A stretch of 61,885 bases of DNA, the filler included, from Sphacelaria rigidula (lineage: Eukaryota): NCBI GenBank assembly GCA_964200075.2. It is 9 parts of 9 records of this genome, joined end to end, with 100 filler letters (N's around TTAATTAATTAA, not from the genome) between each part and the next. Parts side by side here need not be neighbours in the genome. Positions count along the whole stretch, not along the records: positions 34,439 to 41,225 come from CAXNAA020018080.1; positions 41,326 to 48,112 come from CAXNAA020018081.1; positions 48,213 to 54,999 come from CAXNAA020018082.1; 6 more parts are not named here. The stretch is one strand, 5' to 3'. Position numbers and translations under genes: made by a program. The notes under the pieces were generated by a model. The model was not told where the DNA came from and made no database searches. It saw only the letters and a list, made by a program, of their open reading frames with translations. Of the stretch, positions 36,777 through 49,078 are shown piece after piece; within the stretch, counting starts at the first letter, position 1; the number at the start of each line of letters is the position of its first letter.

Positions 36777-37066
36777 CACACGCCGGACAGATCATGATCT
36801 GGATCATCTGCGTCCCCCCCCCTATGCTCCGTCTCGAAAGGGATATGGTCAAACGACTAGGCAAGCAACAAATGAGTACGCCCCCCCTTCCCCCTGTACC
36901 ATGTTTGCTCCTTACGGCGCCGGACGCCGAGCACGCCGAGCAGCGCAACGGTTGCGCTTTGGCTTTTCTGATTTCGCGGTCGCATATTTTGTGTTTTTGG
37001 ACCAACGGATTCGAGAGTTTTCTTCTATTTATTGTTCCACACAGATCATGATCTGTCCGACGTACG
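36777..37066. mobile_element. hAT-like MITE containing a LINE-C tail insertion
   Basis: CACACGCCGGACAGATCATGATCTG...CAGATCATGATCTGTCCGACGTACG. 8-bp TSD CACTCTAC / CGCTCTAC. Confidence 0.8.
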
Positions 37067-37269
37067 CGCTCTACATCTGCTCAGGCAATAGATGGGGAGC
37101 CTGTTTGCAAAACTACCCTATTTGCTGATGGTATTATCCACTGTCGTCAGCAAAGAGATTGAATACGGGTTCAGATGACGTGACTCATGCGCCAGAAACC
37201 TGTCTCTGGAATTCCTCGTCTGACATAATCGGGTACACATGCATGTATCCGTTGTGGTCAGCGCTCGTT

Positions 37270-37940
37270 GTAGGTGAAACAAGGCAAAGATACGCTCACG
37301 TCATTATGCTTCTACACAGTCCAGATACCACAAAAGTCATTCTCCAATTTTTCATCGACTTGAGGTTTAACCTAGCGAAAGACGAAAACGCACTGTTGGC
37401 GTTATCTCCTTGCTTCCACCGAAGTCTGGAAACCCTCTTCCACTCTGATTTACCTGATTACGTAAAGAGTCCCGGCCATCCCCAACTGCTGCATTTCCCA
37501 CACCAAAGTCGTTACCACCAACATACTTTCCAGAACCTCCATCCAATACTCCGGGGGCGTACTCACCTGGTGCGCTTTCGCGTCTGCTGTACGCCCTCGC
37601 TCCCAATACATCAAGTCCAAGATTGATCGGTCAGCCAGCCCAGCGCCAAATCTTCGTTTATCCTATCGAACTCGTGCTGCTCTTAAACCTGCAGTGCGGC
37701 AGCAGCTCTCAGAAGGTAACCAGCAACGTTTGTCTCCTCACCCGAAGCTTCCCACACCATCACGCAGTGTGGTTCCATACTTGCGCGGGCTTAGCTTTCC
37801 TTCTCGTTTCCGTTCGTCAGTTGCGTCACGGACGCTTGCAGAGTTACCACCAAGTCAGCCAGACGTCGACCTATCCGTTCTTTGAGCCATCTTCCTTACA
37901 GAAACAAATTCCGTCTTTATCTTCCGATCAGTTGACATAG
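37270..37940 (-). pseudogene. Probable highly degenerate LINE ORF2 C-terminal fragment
   Basis: Purine-rich minus strand with W/K/R-rich remnants (DLMYWER, YWMEVLE, SEWKRV) and many frameshifts. No diagnostic catalytic motif. Confidence 0.35.
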
Positions 37941-38141
37941 CACTATTAGTCTAAGGAGGTGACACGCTAGCGTATTTTTGAGCCGGTACTGCTGTACACC
38001 GGCAGTCGCGCGGCCGTGGACGTCTCATACAAGTTGATGAAGGACACACAAGATGTTTGGTCATCCGGGCACTCGACCCACAACACGCAACATCAAGGCA
38101 AAAAAAAGAGGAGACAGGTACGCAGTCCATATATTATATTT

Positions 38142-38258
38142 TGTTCAGGAAGCGAACAGTTCGCCCATTGAACCAGTGGGCGCACACCACTAGGTTAGGG
38201 TTAGGGTTAGGGTTAGGCGCTCACTGGTTTGATGGGTAAACTATTCGCTTCCTGAACA
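38142..38258. mobile_element. 117-bp hairpin element with (TTAGGG)3-4 in the loop
   Basis: 42-bp imperfect inverted arms TGTTCAGGAAGCGAA...GGCGC / GCGCTC...TTCGCTTCCTGAACA. Telomeric repeat at 38195-38217. Confidence 0.85.
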
Positions 38259-39979
38259 GTGCACTCCGTCAACAAAATGAAAACAACTGCAGAGAGGTCA
38301 GCCCCCATAAACAGATGAGGACTTGAATATTTATAGATCCACAAAAATCACACCATGTCCTTGCGACAATGTTCCGATATCCGATATCCTTACTCAGCTG
38401 ATCGCATGACGGAAAAATATTCATGTTACGGATATCGTACGGATTGCAGCATGGATACTATAACACTTAGGGTTGTGAACTGGACCAGTTTATGCTGTCG
38501 ACTAAACTGGAACTGGAGTTACAGTGGAACTGGGGATGAGGGCGCCAGCGTATCCAGTTTGTTCGAGGCTTGCCGTAACCGACTTTTTTTATGCCAATTT
38601 CAGTATAGTGATCATGTAGCAAAGATGCTTACATCGTTATACACAATTTGACTCTACAATTGAGGCCTGTACAATCCAGTTGCAGAGGAATATGGAGTTA
38701 TCAATTGACACGAAGGGCGCTTCGAAGGCGTCGGCCGGAATCGTTTGCGTCGATGACGCGTGATGCAATGGTGCACAGCTTTATGTTTCGTCTTTCCATG
38801 TTCCGGTTGACTTGTAAAGCATAGTTCTGGCGTTCTGTGGTGGTGGTGGTACCATAGCAGATGAAACACGGGTTTGCCCTGGGCCAGTCACTGGCTGACT
38901 GCTCCAGGTGTTTTCTGCTTGTTTTTGTTTCGTCTGCTTCATTGGTACCTCGTGGTTCTGCAGGTCTCCCTTTTTTTCGGCCGTAACGTGTAGGTCGACG
39001 GCTGGGTCCGTCGAATGAGGAAAATGAAGAAATACGGCGGAACGCTGGACGCAGAACCACCGAACGCCAAGCCCCAATTGCCAATTGTCAACTGCATGAT
39101 GAGAATTTTGAACATGATGCAGGCAGCACATGATCACTACAAACTCGAAGATATATAGCCGATATATTCCAAAGTTTGTCGTTTCATTGCAAGACATCCG
39201 AAAACGGAAATATCAAACGGTAACCCGCGACCACAAACAACAAAATACACCATGGCTTGCTATTCAACTACATCCGTGTTTGTCGGCCCGGGCGTAAATG
39301 ATTTTGCGCTCTCATCTCCGAGTGTTGCCAGTCTTGGCTTCCTTGTTCTCATCCTCCGCTTCTCACGGAGAGTCTCTGCAGCTGCATGCTGCAGATGAAT
39401 AATTTTCGAATCGCTTACCGCGTTGAATGGGATTTGAATGCCATCCAAGTCTCTTAGCTCCTCAATGTGAACGGTCATATTTTCCACAACTATCAACATT
39501 TTTGAAGGAAAAACAACCCAAATACCGCAACTTTTCTTTCCTCTAGCGGCGCTTCGACGAGCCCCCCTCACCAGCCGGGGGGTGGGAGGCGTTGAGGCGA
39601 GCGGCTTCGCCGCTCGCCGCCGATGCTTTTCCAGTTAGTCGGCAAGCCCGATGAACTCGGAAAACATCGACTTACTGGCCGCTAGCGCGACCACTTGAAA
39701 TTTGACTGGCCGGAGCTGCTAGTTCACAGCCCCAACAATACTTGGCTGTTGACTGGTATTTTCAGTCGCACTATGGACCCTTTCTACGATAGCCCCTCCC
39801 AAAAAAATGCATGGGTTTTGGAGGCAAAATATTCACGTAAATCGAAATGCGCTTCATCCAGCGTGAACACTAACATCCGGTGCTGTATGGCCATTTTTTT
39901 CATGACACTTTTAGCTGGTTTTCGGGGGGGCTATCGTAGAAAGTGTCTATGCTCCCATTTCATTTTTCCCTTTTTTTTT

Positions 39980-40270
39980 CGCACTTTGAACCCCTCCCCT
40001 TCCTCGGAACGAGTCCGTCATCTCAACGGGCTATCCTATCTCTCCCTCGGTACACACCTTGCATTTTGGTCCCGCGGATTGGGTCAGCACTACTCCCGCA
40101 CCGCGTCAACTCACGTCAAACAAACTCAGTCGACTGCTTTGTTAACTCACGTTCTCACGCTTTCCACCGTGGAAATAAGATATTACGAAGAAAAATTTAA
40201 TGCATCTGGAATCGAACCCTCGTTCCCTCCATCTCGATGGCGACAGTCGGAGAATTACACCACCGGGGCG
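39980..40270 (-). mobile_element. Uninterrupted tRNA-derived SINE family A
   Basis: Head CGCCCCGGTGGTGTAATT...GGGTTCGATTCC. Body closely matches 19700-19945. Confidence 0.88.
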
Positions 40271-41169
40271 TGGCATCTGTAAACAACAATGGTGGTCAGG
40301 AGAGATGACCCTCGGTCGTCGTACCATGAAGGGAAAACATGCGCGGCGAACTGTGTTCTCCTACACCATAATAGCGGCCCGTCGGACGAACAGTATCGAA
40401 GCAGGCCCGAGCAGAGGGACGGCAAGGGCGGGTTACTACACGGCATCCAATAAGGTCGTACCGACACGAGCACGCTGCTTTGTAGATGGGATTGCAGAAA
40501 AATGATGCTTCTTACCGTTTGGTGTTGAAGGAAAATGGGTCCGGCATGTCCTCGATGGATACTTCCCATTTCCCGTCTCCGTCTCGCAGAAGCCTCGTCT
40601 GGCGACGCGATCGACGACAAACATATTTAAACACAGACAGCAGTCCCATGCATATTGAGAGTTATCAGCAACAGAGGAATGATGATAAGGGGTACAATGT
40701 GGAATTCTACAGCTGCACACTTGGGAGTAATCACTGAAGTGACGGTTAGTGGCGAATGGCGGTAGCTCCACGGGTTTGGCATGTGTCGTTTCATGCGACC
40801 AGTGCATCTTCTCTAGAGTAGATGCTTCGAAGTATAGAGCCTTCAGTATTTACGTGACTATCCGGATTTTGATCGAAAACGCAAATGATGTGGCCATGAC
40901 CCTCGCAATGGTCTTCATCGTGGCTTCTATTTCCCAAGACTGTATGAAACACACATACTTACTGCATGCTCTCCGGTGGATCAGTCTAATTGTAGCGCGC
41001 TACATTACAGTACAACACAATACAAGAGTATGCTACTCGGCACTACAGACTGTACTGCTGTACTGTCTCTGTACGAGTTTAAAATCACGCTATACCTAGC
41101 AGCGCCAGACGTTCAAACTGTTGTATGATACGGTACTAGTGTGCAATATCCAGCATCTAATATCGGCCG

Positions 41170-41225
41170 TCATCGCCCCGGTGGCTCAGGTGGTAACCTC
41201 GTAACCTTCTGATGGTTGAGTTGGG
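41170..41225 (+). mobile_element. SINE family B head, cut by the contig end
   Basis: TCGCCCCGGTGGCTCAGGTGGTAACCTCGTAACCTTCTGATGGTTGAG. Confidence 0.75.
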
Positions 41226-41369
41226 NNNNNNNNNNNNNNNNNNNNNNNNNNNNNNNNNNNNNNNNNNNNTTAATTAATTAANNNNNNNNNNNNNNNNNNN
41301 NNNNNNNNNNNNNNNNNNNNNNNNNCCCCCCTATCGTAGGATGACTCGAAGGTGGACTCATATTATATC

Positions 41370-43232
41370 GTCTCTTGTGTGCGTAGAGTGTTGTCGGTGT
41401 ATGATGCAGTTGATGGTCACAGCGAACAGTACATGTCACGTTCTCTACAACAGCACAGCCAGTAAGTACCGCGTAGTGCCGACACAGAAGTGACTTTGAA
41501 CTTCTCTCACAGATGATTACTCCGCAGTCGGAGAGGGGTATGGAGATAGCAACGTAATAAAAGAAGCATGCTATTCGGTCAAGAGCTCACTCGAGTAAAC
41601 AGGCAGACACCCACATAACAATCGAAACAAACAGAAGCGTAAGTTATAGTCGCCATACCCTTTTTAACTTCATAATCTGTGTCGCGGTAAACACTGAATC
41701 GCACGTGCTCTTTTTCAATTTGTTGAGAGAGCCAAGCAGGAGGTGATGCTGCTGCAAGCCACAATCGACCGTTGCAATATTTGACTGGCAAAAACTTGTA
41801 ATACCGTTCGATGTATCTTCCCACGGTATGGAGAACGACATGACCAAGAAACAGCATATATAGTACAGTCTTCATGAGATGTTGTCAGGTTGTTCTGTTG
41901 AAGCAATCACGACGCGGTTGATGATGCGTGGGTGATGCTCCTGAGTGATGCTGTACAGGTAATACAGTGTACATGCTGTACTCCAAAGTATAGTGCTACT
42001 CTTGTACATACAGGTGTGCAGACGACGATTCCGTGGAAGGAGCTAAAACAGTGTACATGCTGTAATCTATAGTATAGTACTGCTCTTGCTTCCTCTCTCA
42101 TACGAACACTGGATTACCGTGCACGGGTGCATTTCGTCGTATCGGTGCTGTACAGACGACGGGGGTTTCAAATCCCACGGGGATCCATGAAGCTTGACCA
42201 TTCGAGCACGGAATATGTTCGAACGGTATGGTAAACCACATGAGCTAGAAAGAAAATCACACATAGTACAGACAACATGTGATGAGGACTATTGCAGCAA
42301 ACACGACGCGGTTATGATGGGCTCGGCGTGGGTGATGCTCCTGGGTGGTGCTGCACAGCTAATACAGTGTACATGCTGTCTGTGGGCAATGTGTGCAGTG
42401 GGAACAACCGGTGAGAAGTTTTGTATTGGATTTACTATCCGTCTTGGCAGCGTATGCGAAGGTGTATGATGCAGTTGATGGTCAGAGCGAAGAGTATATG
42501 TTATGTCCATCTACTTTGAACTATACTTTACTTTGAAGTATACTTTGAACTTCTCCCACAGTTGATTACTCCGCAGTCGGAGAGGGGTGTGGAGATTACA
42601 ACGTAATAAAAGAAGGACGCTATCCCGTCAAGAGCTCAACCGAGCAAACAGGTAGGCATCCACATAACAATCGCAACAAACAGAAGCGCAAGTTAGAGTC
42701 ACCATACTCTTGTTGGACTTCATTATCTGTCGTGGCGAGTGCTGTATCGCAGGTGCTCTCTTTCAATTTCTTGAGAGAGGCAGCAGGAGGCGATGGTCCC
42801 GCCCGTCACAATACAGCCTTTGAATATTTGACTGCGAACAAAACCTGGGAAACTATTTCATGTATGTTCGAACGGTATGGTGCACCACATGAGCAAGAAA
42901 GATAATCACACACAGTACAAACGACATATGATGACGACTGTCGCAGCAAACACGACGCGGTTTATGATGGGCTCGGCGTGGTGATGCTCCTGGGTGGTGC
43001 TGTACAGCTACTCTTGTACATACAGGTGCAGGTGTGCAGACGACGATTCCGTGGAAGGAGCTAAAACAGTGTACATGCTGTACTCTATAGTATAGTGCTG
43101 CTCTTGCTTTCTCTCTCAGTTAAACACTGGATTACTGTGCACGGGTGCATTTCGTCGTATCGGTGCTGTACAGACGACGGGGTTTTCAAATTCCACGGGG
43201 ATCCCTAAAACTTGACCGTTCGGGCACGGATT
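41370..43232. repeat. Complex ~1-kb tandem duplication
   Basis: 41397 vs 42462 (offset ~1065, diverged). 41995-42213 vs 43007-43232 (near-identical). A third copy of a sub-block at 42214-42375. Confidence 0.88.
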
Positions 43233-43424
43233 ATCTATGTCTTTCGACCTGATTCTGCAGGACGTGAGAGAAGAGTGACAATTGTGTCCTCTTCAGTCTG
43301 AGTCTGGTACAAAATACTGTTCCGAAAAGGATCATTTGTGTCTTGGCTACAGTATGGGTAAACCGGACACCCTCGTACTCGTTGGCAGTGTGGGAGCCAG
43401 CGACATTACGCTATTAATAAATAA

Positions 43425-43468
43425 GATGATAGTAATGATAATGATAATGATAATGATAATGATGATGA
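43425..43468 (+). repeat. (ATAATG)n microsatellite
   Basis: Read directly from the sequence. Confidence 0.8.
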
Positions 43469-45015
43469 ACCGAATTCGGTGGGAAAATATGAGATGGACA
43501 AAACTGCTTTCGAGGAACAGAAAGGCGTAACGTGTGTTGCGTCGAGCCTACGATAATTTTATTCGATAATGACCGTCACTCAAGCGAAATTCCGACAACG
43601 CAGCGACCTATAGAGCACCCATGGAATCAGAACAAGGTCACAAGATTGCTCCAAGGGCTTCCTCCCTCACTAGGGCCTGGAGACTTCAAGACAGTTGTTA
43701 TTCATAAACACAAAGTCTTCGTTATCGGAAGAAACCCCAGTGTGGAGCATGTGATTTTCAAATCCACGTAGTCTGCCGATCAGACCCGCAACTCCATCAA
43801 CCAATAGAAAACGCCTACCGCCGATTGTTCCACTTGTAGATCATCATGAACCTGCACGTACGTGTACTGGAGGTGGACTACTCTACAGACCTACTAGTAT
43901 GTCTGAAAGGGTTGGGGTGAATGGCTGAAGACGGCAGAATAGGGATCGAAGCACCCTCACCAAGCGGTCTTTGAGTCGTCAAATGCAGTGTTCGTCAAAG
44001 AGAACTTTTGCCAATTGTGAATAATGGTGTCCAGTAGTTTCATGCCTTAGCTGTGATGGACGTTTCACTGGTGTGACAGATCAAGCAACACCACGGTGTT
44101 TATGTCATGTACAGGATACGAAGATCGTATTGACTCGATGGGCCGGAGCGTCGCAATTATGCCAATTTACACATGACACGTCGGGGCAGCTAAACGTAAT
44201 TTTCGACACCCTGTTCCGACTGTTCGTTTCGAAAAAGGCAGCAATGACCATGGCACTGGCACCCAGTTGCGGTAACGTGCCGATCAATCCTCCAGTGCAC
44301 ATCACATAGTCGTATTCACCATACCATCCGTCGATAGAGAGTTTGGACGACGTCGACCCAGCAGGAGGTCACCGCGAGTGATTCAACCTTAACCCGCGTT
44401 TCGTGAGCTCAAACCAGTTGTTCAGGGCATCAGACCCGAACAAGCTGCGACGAGCCCCAAGTTGCGAATTTTGATCATCCTTGGAAAACCTAGGTTGAGT
44501 TTTGTTGATCGATTTGGTTGACCGACGCAGATTGGACAACCCGAAGAGATATATGCTGTACCTCAGCACAAGACGATACTATCAATGTCGTCCCTTTCTT
44601 GTTCGACGTTCTGTGCTACAGCTTCATCTTGGGCCGATAAGTTCGGTTGCCGGTAAGAATATTGTTCACTTAAATTGATTGATTGCCACACGTTAACTTG
44701 AACATTGTTCAGTGCTACAGTACACGAAGCACTGTATTTTTTCATGTTTGGCCTATAAGCTCCGTTGCCGATAGGAATATTATACACTCGAATGGGTTGA
44801 TAGTCATACGAACATTAGCTGATCGACGTCGAATCCAGCATTGGCCACAATGTAGACGTAGCCGAGGTGAGTAATCGGGGAAATACGCATAAGAGGAAAT
44901 ATGACGAACGACAACGGATCAAACAGCTCAAACGTCCTCGGGGGACTAAACACCACCACGACGAAATTATCACGACAGACCCCACAGATTCTACAGTTGG
45001 CTTTCCGATAAGGCT

Positions 45016-45700
45016 GCGCCCCAGTGGTTTAATGGTCCGACTGACTCCACTAAAGCACTAGAGTGGAGAGAACGTGGGCTCGATTCCCGCGAGATGCCTT
45101 GTTTTTTATTGTTGGGAGTGCCTGTATAGTATCTGACTTCCACCGTCGAGGACCGGTGGCCCCGGTGGCTCAGTTGATAACCTCGAAACCTGTTGACGGT
45201 TGTGTCGTGGGTTCAAATCTCGGAGCGATCTGGGATTTTTTTCTCACACCATGCCGAACAGTGAAAAGTGACTATGCCGTGGGTACACAAAATTCGACTT
45301 AACGATCGACGAGGAAAAGGGATTGCTGGACACCTCTCGCGATAAAAAAAAAAGTCAAGCACCGCAGAAGGACAGTGGGGCACTAAAAACAACTAAAAAG
45401 GAAAAAACTCCTGTGTTGACCGTCCTCGTGTGTGACCCCGGCTGATGAGCCCACATGTACCGAAAGGTGTAGACCAGCGTGCAGAATAGATCGGACGATA
45501 GCACAACACACCGTCGACGGCGTGAGAATGTGCGTGAGAAGAGAAGACGTTAGTGACTGAGTGTGTTTGACGAGAGTTGACGCGGGGCGGGAGCGCTGAT
45601 CCAATCCGCAAGACCAGAATCGAAGATGCGTACCGGGGGGAGAAGGGACGATCCTGTGAGACTGGTTAACCACGGGCTCGTCCCGTGGAAAGGGAGGGCT
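45016..45700 (+). mobile_element. SINE family A with SINE family B (45152-45510) nested inside
   Basis: A-head at 45016, B element, then the A body resumes at ~45518. CACCGTCGA is duplicated on both sides of B. Confidence 0.85.
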
Positions 45701-46320
45701 TTGTAGTGTGAGGCGGCTTGTTATAGTCGGGAAACGGCCTCTCAGAGGAACGCCCTTTTATGAGCCTCTCATCGCGGGTTTTGGGCGAAATACGGGGCTT
45801 GGCGGATTGGGCCTGTAATACTCTGACACATTTGCTATGCTCTTCAAGAGCATTATAGCGCACTTTCCAGACCTTTCGTGCACCCAAGTTGACCTTTGGC
45901 CGGATTCGCGATTTTTGCAGTAGCCCCCAATATCTTCGAGTTATCGGGAAAAAACACGTACTCTTCCAAGTCTCCAGGGCAGGAGGCAGCACGAAAGGTG
46001 AGGCCGTGCAAGCAGGTTGCGGCGATGGTTTCTAGAGACCGCACTGTATGCAGTATTACTTGACGACAGAACGGTGGCTCTCGTGTACTGACGGCCGAAT
46101 ATCTGACTTGTCGATAATAATAATGAAGCTATTTTGACCTATGATTTTCAAATTGCGTCCCTTCGTCCGTGCTGTCATGTTTTGCACTTGTTCGCTGTCT
46201 GGATCTTACTATTTGACTAGGTACCGACAGCTTTTACGATGTACTGATAGAACGCGGAGGCCATTATATGAATTTAATATGAAAGCCTTCCTGTCTCGGT
46301 GAATTTCCATCTATTAACAG

Positions 46321-46413
46321 GTGGTGGGGCGTTTCCGCGAACGAGGGGCTGATTTGGACGACGTCCTGCTGTACGTCAACAAGCTCAACAAATCCAAGAG
46401 GAGGGACGACTTC
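46321..46413 (+). CDS. Orphan internal exon, unknown protein (VVGRFRERGADLDDVLLYVNKLNKSKRRDDF)
   Basis: TTAACAG|GTG...TTC|GTGAGT, 93 bp, open in phase 0-0 with GC3-rich codons. No partner exon found. Confidence 0.5.
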
Positions 46414-48559
46414 GTGAGTGCCAAATCTTGAGAATTTGTTTTCCCGGGTCTCTCGTACTGGAATTAGGAATTCGAATGTCGTCCTGACAGAGCACGATGC
46501 GGTAGTGATTTTGGAAACCCTGCGTTTTGTTGGCCACACCCCACTCACAGCTTCGGAAGACGGAGGAACGCATGCGTTGGTTTGTAACTGTAACGTTGAA
46601 TTCCATAGCATGAAACAACCCCTTGTACTAAGTCGGTGGAGCTGTGCGTTGGGATCAAAATGGATATCGGTTCGATTTTAAGAAAATAGTAGTTGAGTTG
46701 TTTTTCGTATACTCACTTATCCAGCAGTCCTCCTGGGATCCAGCAGTGTGCACATGATGGGTATATCGGTCGGCCGACTTTAGCAGAGTATTTTGATGTG
46801 GATAGTGATGATCACATATACGTTGAGATTAATCAACAGTGGTTGTAAGTTTGTTGTCATAGTCATACGTTCAACTTTCTTACGCTTCCTCGGGACAATC
46901 CCTACCAATCCCTAGTGGAGACAATCCCCAGTCGTGTAGTCGTGTAGTCGCCAGTCGATAGTCGCCAGTCGCCAGGGATCAAACCACCTCCCCCGGTTCC
47001 TGCATTGCCCTCCCGTGGACGGTGACTTTTCATTTCTATTTTTTCAAAACTAACGTTCTCACGCTTTCCGCGACGGAAGCCAGTGAAATTCACAACTGTT
47101 TTGGTGCGTTGTACCCACTACCCCGCCCAAACTGGCCGATGACGGACGAGTTCGACCACCGCGGCGCGCCGGAAAATGTTAGTACCGTAGTAATGTCACA
47201 AATGTTTTGTCATCATCACGTATGCTTTTGTTATTCTTCAATGACTCTCAACATGTTACTGACAGTGTTCATCAGTGTTGATGGCCGTCAAATGTTGAGT
47301 GTTCGTGCTCACAGCAACAGTGGCTTTGCGTGTGGCAGCAGTCACTGAAGGCAATTATGTCACGGTCAGTCTTAAATGACTGTTATGTGTCACTGACATT
47401 ATTTACCTGTAGTGTCGTGTCTAACGCTGTTCCAAACGGGTTCTGCTCTGTTTTGTTAGTTTTTCTTCATCTCTCCTCGATCTTGTAATTTTCGGCGGCC
47501 TCTTTGTCTCCCTCTTCGCTTCTCCGTTCTCCCTATCCCATCATACGGTTGTCTCGTTCTGTTGCGTTTGTAAGGCTGTAGCGGTGTTGAGACTTCTACA
47601 GAGCTCGCCCGCTTGAGAGTTTATGCCCTAATAGTGGTTTTCGAACTGCTGGATCGAACCTGCATCCACGACCTTGTTTTTATTTCTCTGTCTGTTGTGT
47701 TTGAACTGATGGCGTATCTTGTACGGACTTGTCACCTGAAGCCACGTGGCAGGCGCCTTTCTCACCGGCCATTCTTCGGATGTGTCTTTGCTTTTTCAGT
47801 AGGGCCGATAGTAGGGCCTGCTTTGGTGTTATTTCGTTTCCCTTCTTTTCTCCTGTTTATTCCTCTTGATTTTTTCGCGTGTAGCATGTGTGTATTTTCG
47901 CTCTTTTTTCGTTACCTCTGTTTGCTTTTTCACCCGTGTTCCCCCCCTTTTGACGAACTTTTGACGCTGTAAGCTTTCTGTAGGGACTGTTTCCGTCTTC
48001 GTTTCCCTTGACCCCTCGACTGGTAGTATTACTATTTGGGCAATGGCCTAGAAAAGGTATACCTTCTCGTTTTTTGCCTAGGAAAGGTACGAAAAATGGC
48101 CAGAAACGCGAANNNNNNNNNNNNNNNNNNNNNNNNNNNNNNNNNNNNNNNNNNNNTTAATTAATTAANNNNNNNNNNNNNNNNNNNNNNNNNNNNNNNN
48201 NNNNNNNNNNNNCCCCCCCCCCTCTTTGAGGGTTGGTGCCGGTTGGCAACGACGCTGTGAAACGCACCACTCACTGCGTAAGCCAGGCAACCACGTTACC
48301 AATTTGATAGCGCTCGCGTTCTTGTTTGCGGTAACCATGATGAGGGTCAGGCTAGATACTTGTGAGGCGTAGAAAACCTCAACCCCGCGCAAAGTGGATG
48401 ATCGTACTACGTCGTGTTGAAATGGCGAGACACCCATGAGGCAGTGTGTAACTCGCGGTCGTCTCTGCAAGGGGTGACGCCAGGAAATGAAGCAACTCAT
48501 TGGAGACTTGTCACCCACAGTATATATATAGAGAGAGAATATTCCAAACTCACGAGCGT

Positions 48560-49078
48560 CAAGCATACTTTGTGACGAGGCGTCGACGAGATTCAGTGCT
48601 AATTTTAGTGTCCAAGTTCCTCCGCACCCGCCCCGGGAGATGACTGTTCGGGCCAATGCCAATGCTAGGGGCCCGGCTAGCGGATTCGCGCTCTACTGTG
48701 TGCGGGGGTACACATGCGTTCGCGACCGTTCGAACGGACGCGCGATCGCGGTGGTCCTGCAATGTTTCCGGCGGGCATGAACATTTCGAGAGAGGATCTA
48801 TTCTCACGAGAGGTTGGCAAGGCAAGAATACCGGGACCCTCGAAAAAGACGGAAGGGACCGGGGCGCAGCCCCGGGTCCCGTGCGGCTTGTAATATGCAA
48901 GATAATCAGTATGCTTCGGGCCGACCAAATCACGGCGCTTCGCGCTTGGTGATCGATTTTGAGCCTGATCCGGCGCCAACCCGGTGTGCTCCGTCCCGGC
49001 TTTGTAGGGATGCGAGGCCAAAGGTCTCAAGACAGCGGCATGCAAGATCATAAGTTCCCCCCGCCCCCGCCCTCCCAC
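48560..49078 (+). mobile_element. LINE family D 3' fragment (longest copy)
   Basis: Ends ...CGTCCCGGCTTTGTAGGGATGCGAGG...GATCATAAGTT(C)n, shared with the other family D copies. Confidence 0.7.

Noticed and set aside
45152..45235. Functional tRNA genes (also 26395-26470, 40200-40270, 19385-19715)
   Set aside because: Stems are imperfect and each head is followed by the same 250-300-bp body, so these are SINE heads.
47116..47414. CACTA element (CACTAC...GTAGTG)
   Set aside because: Only 6 bp of TIR, and the flanking 3-mers (ACC/TCG) do not match.
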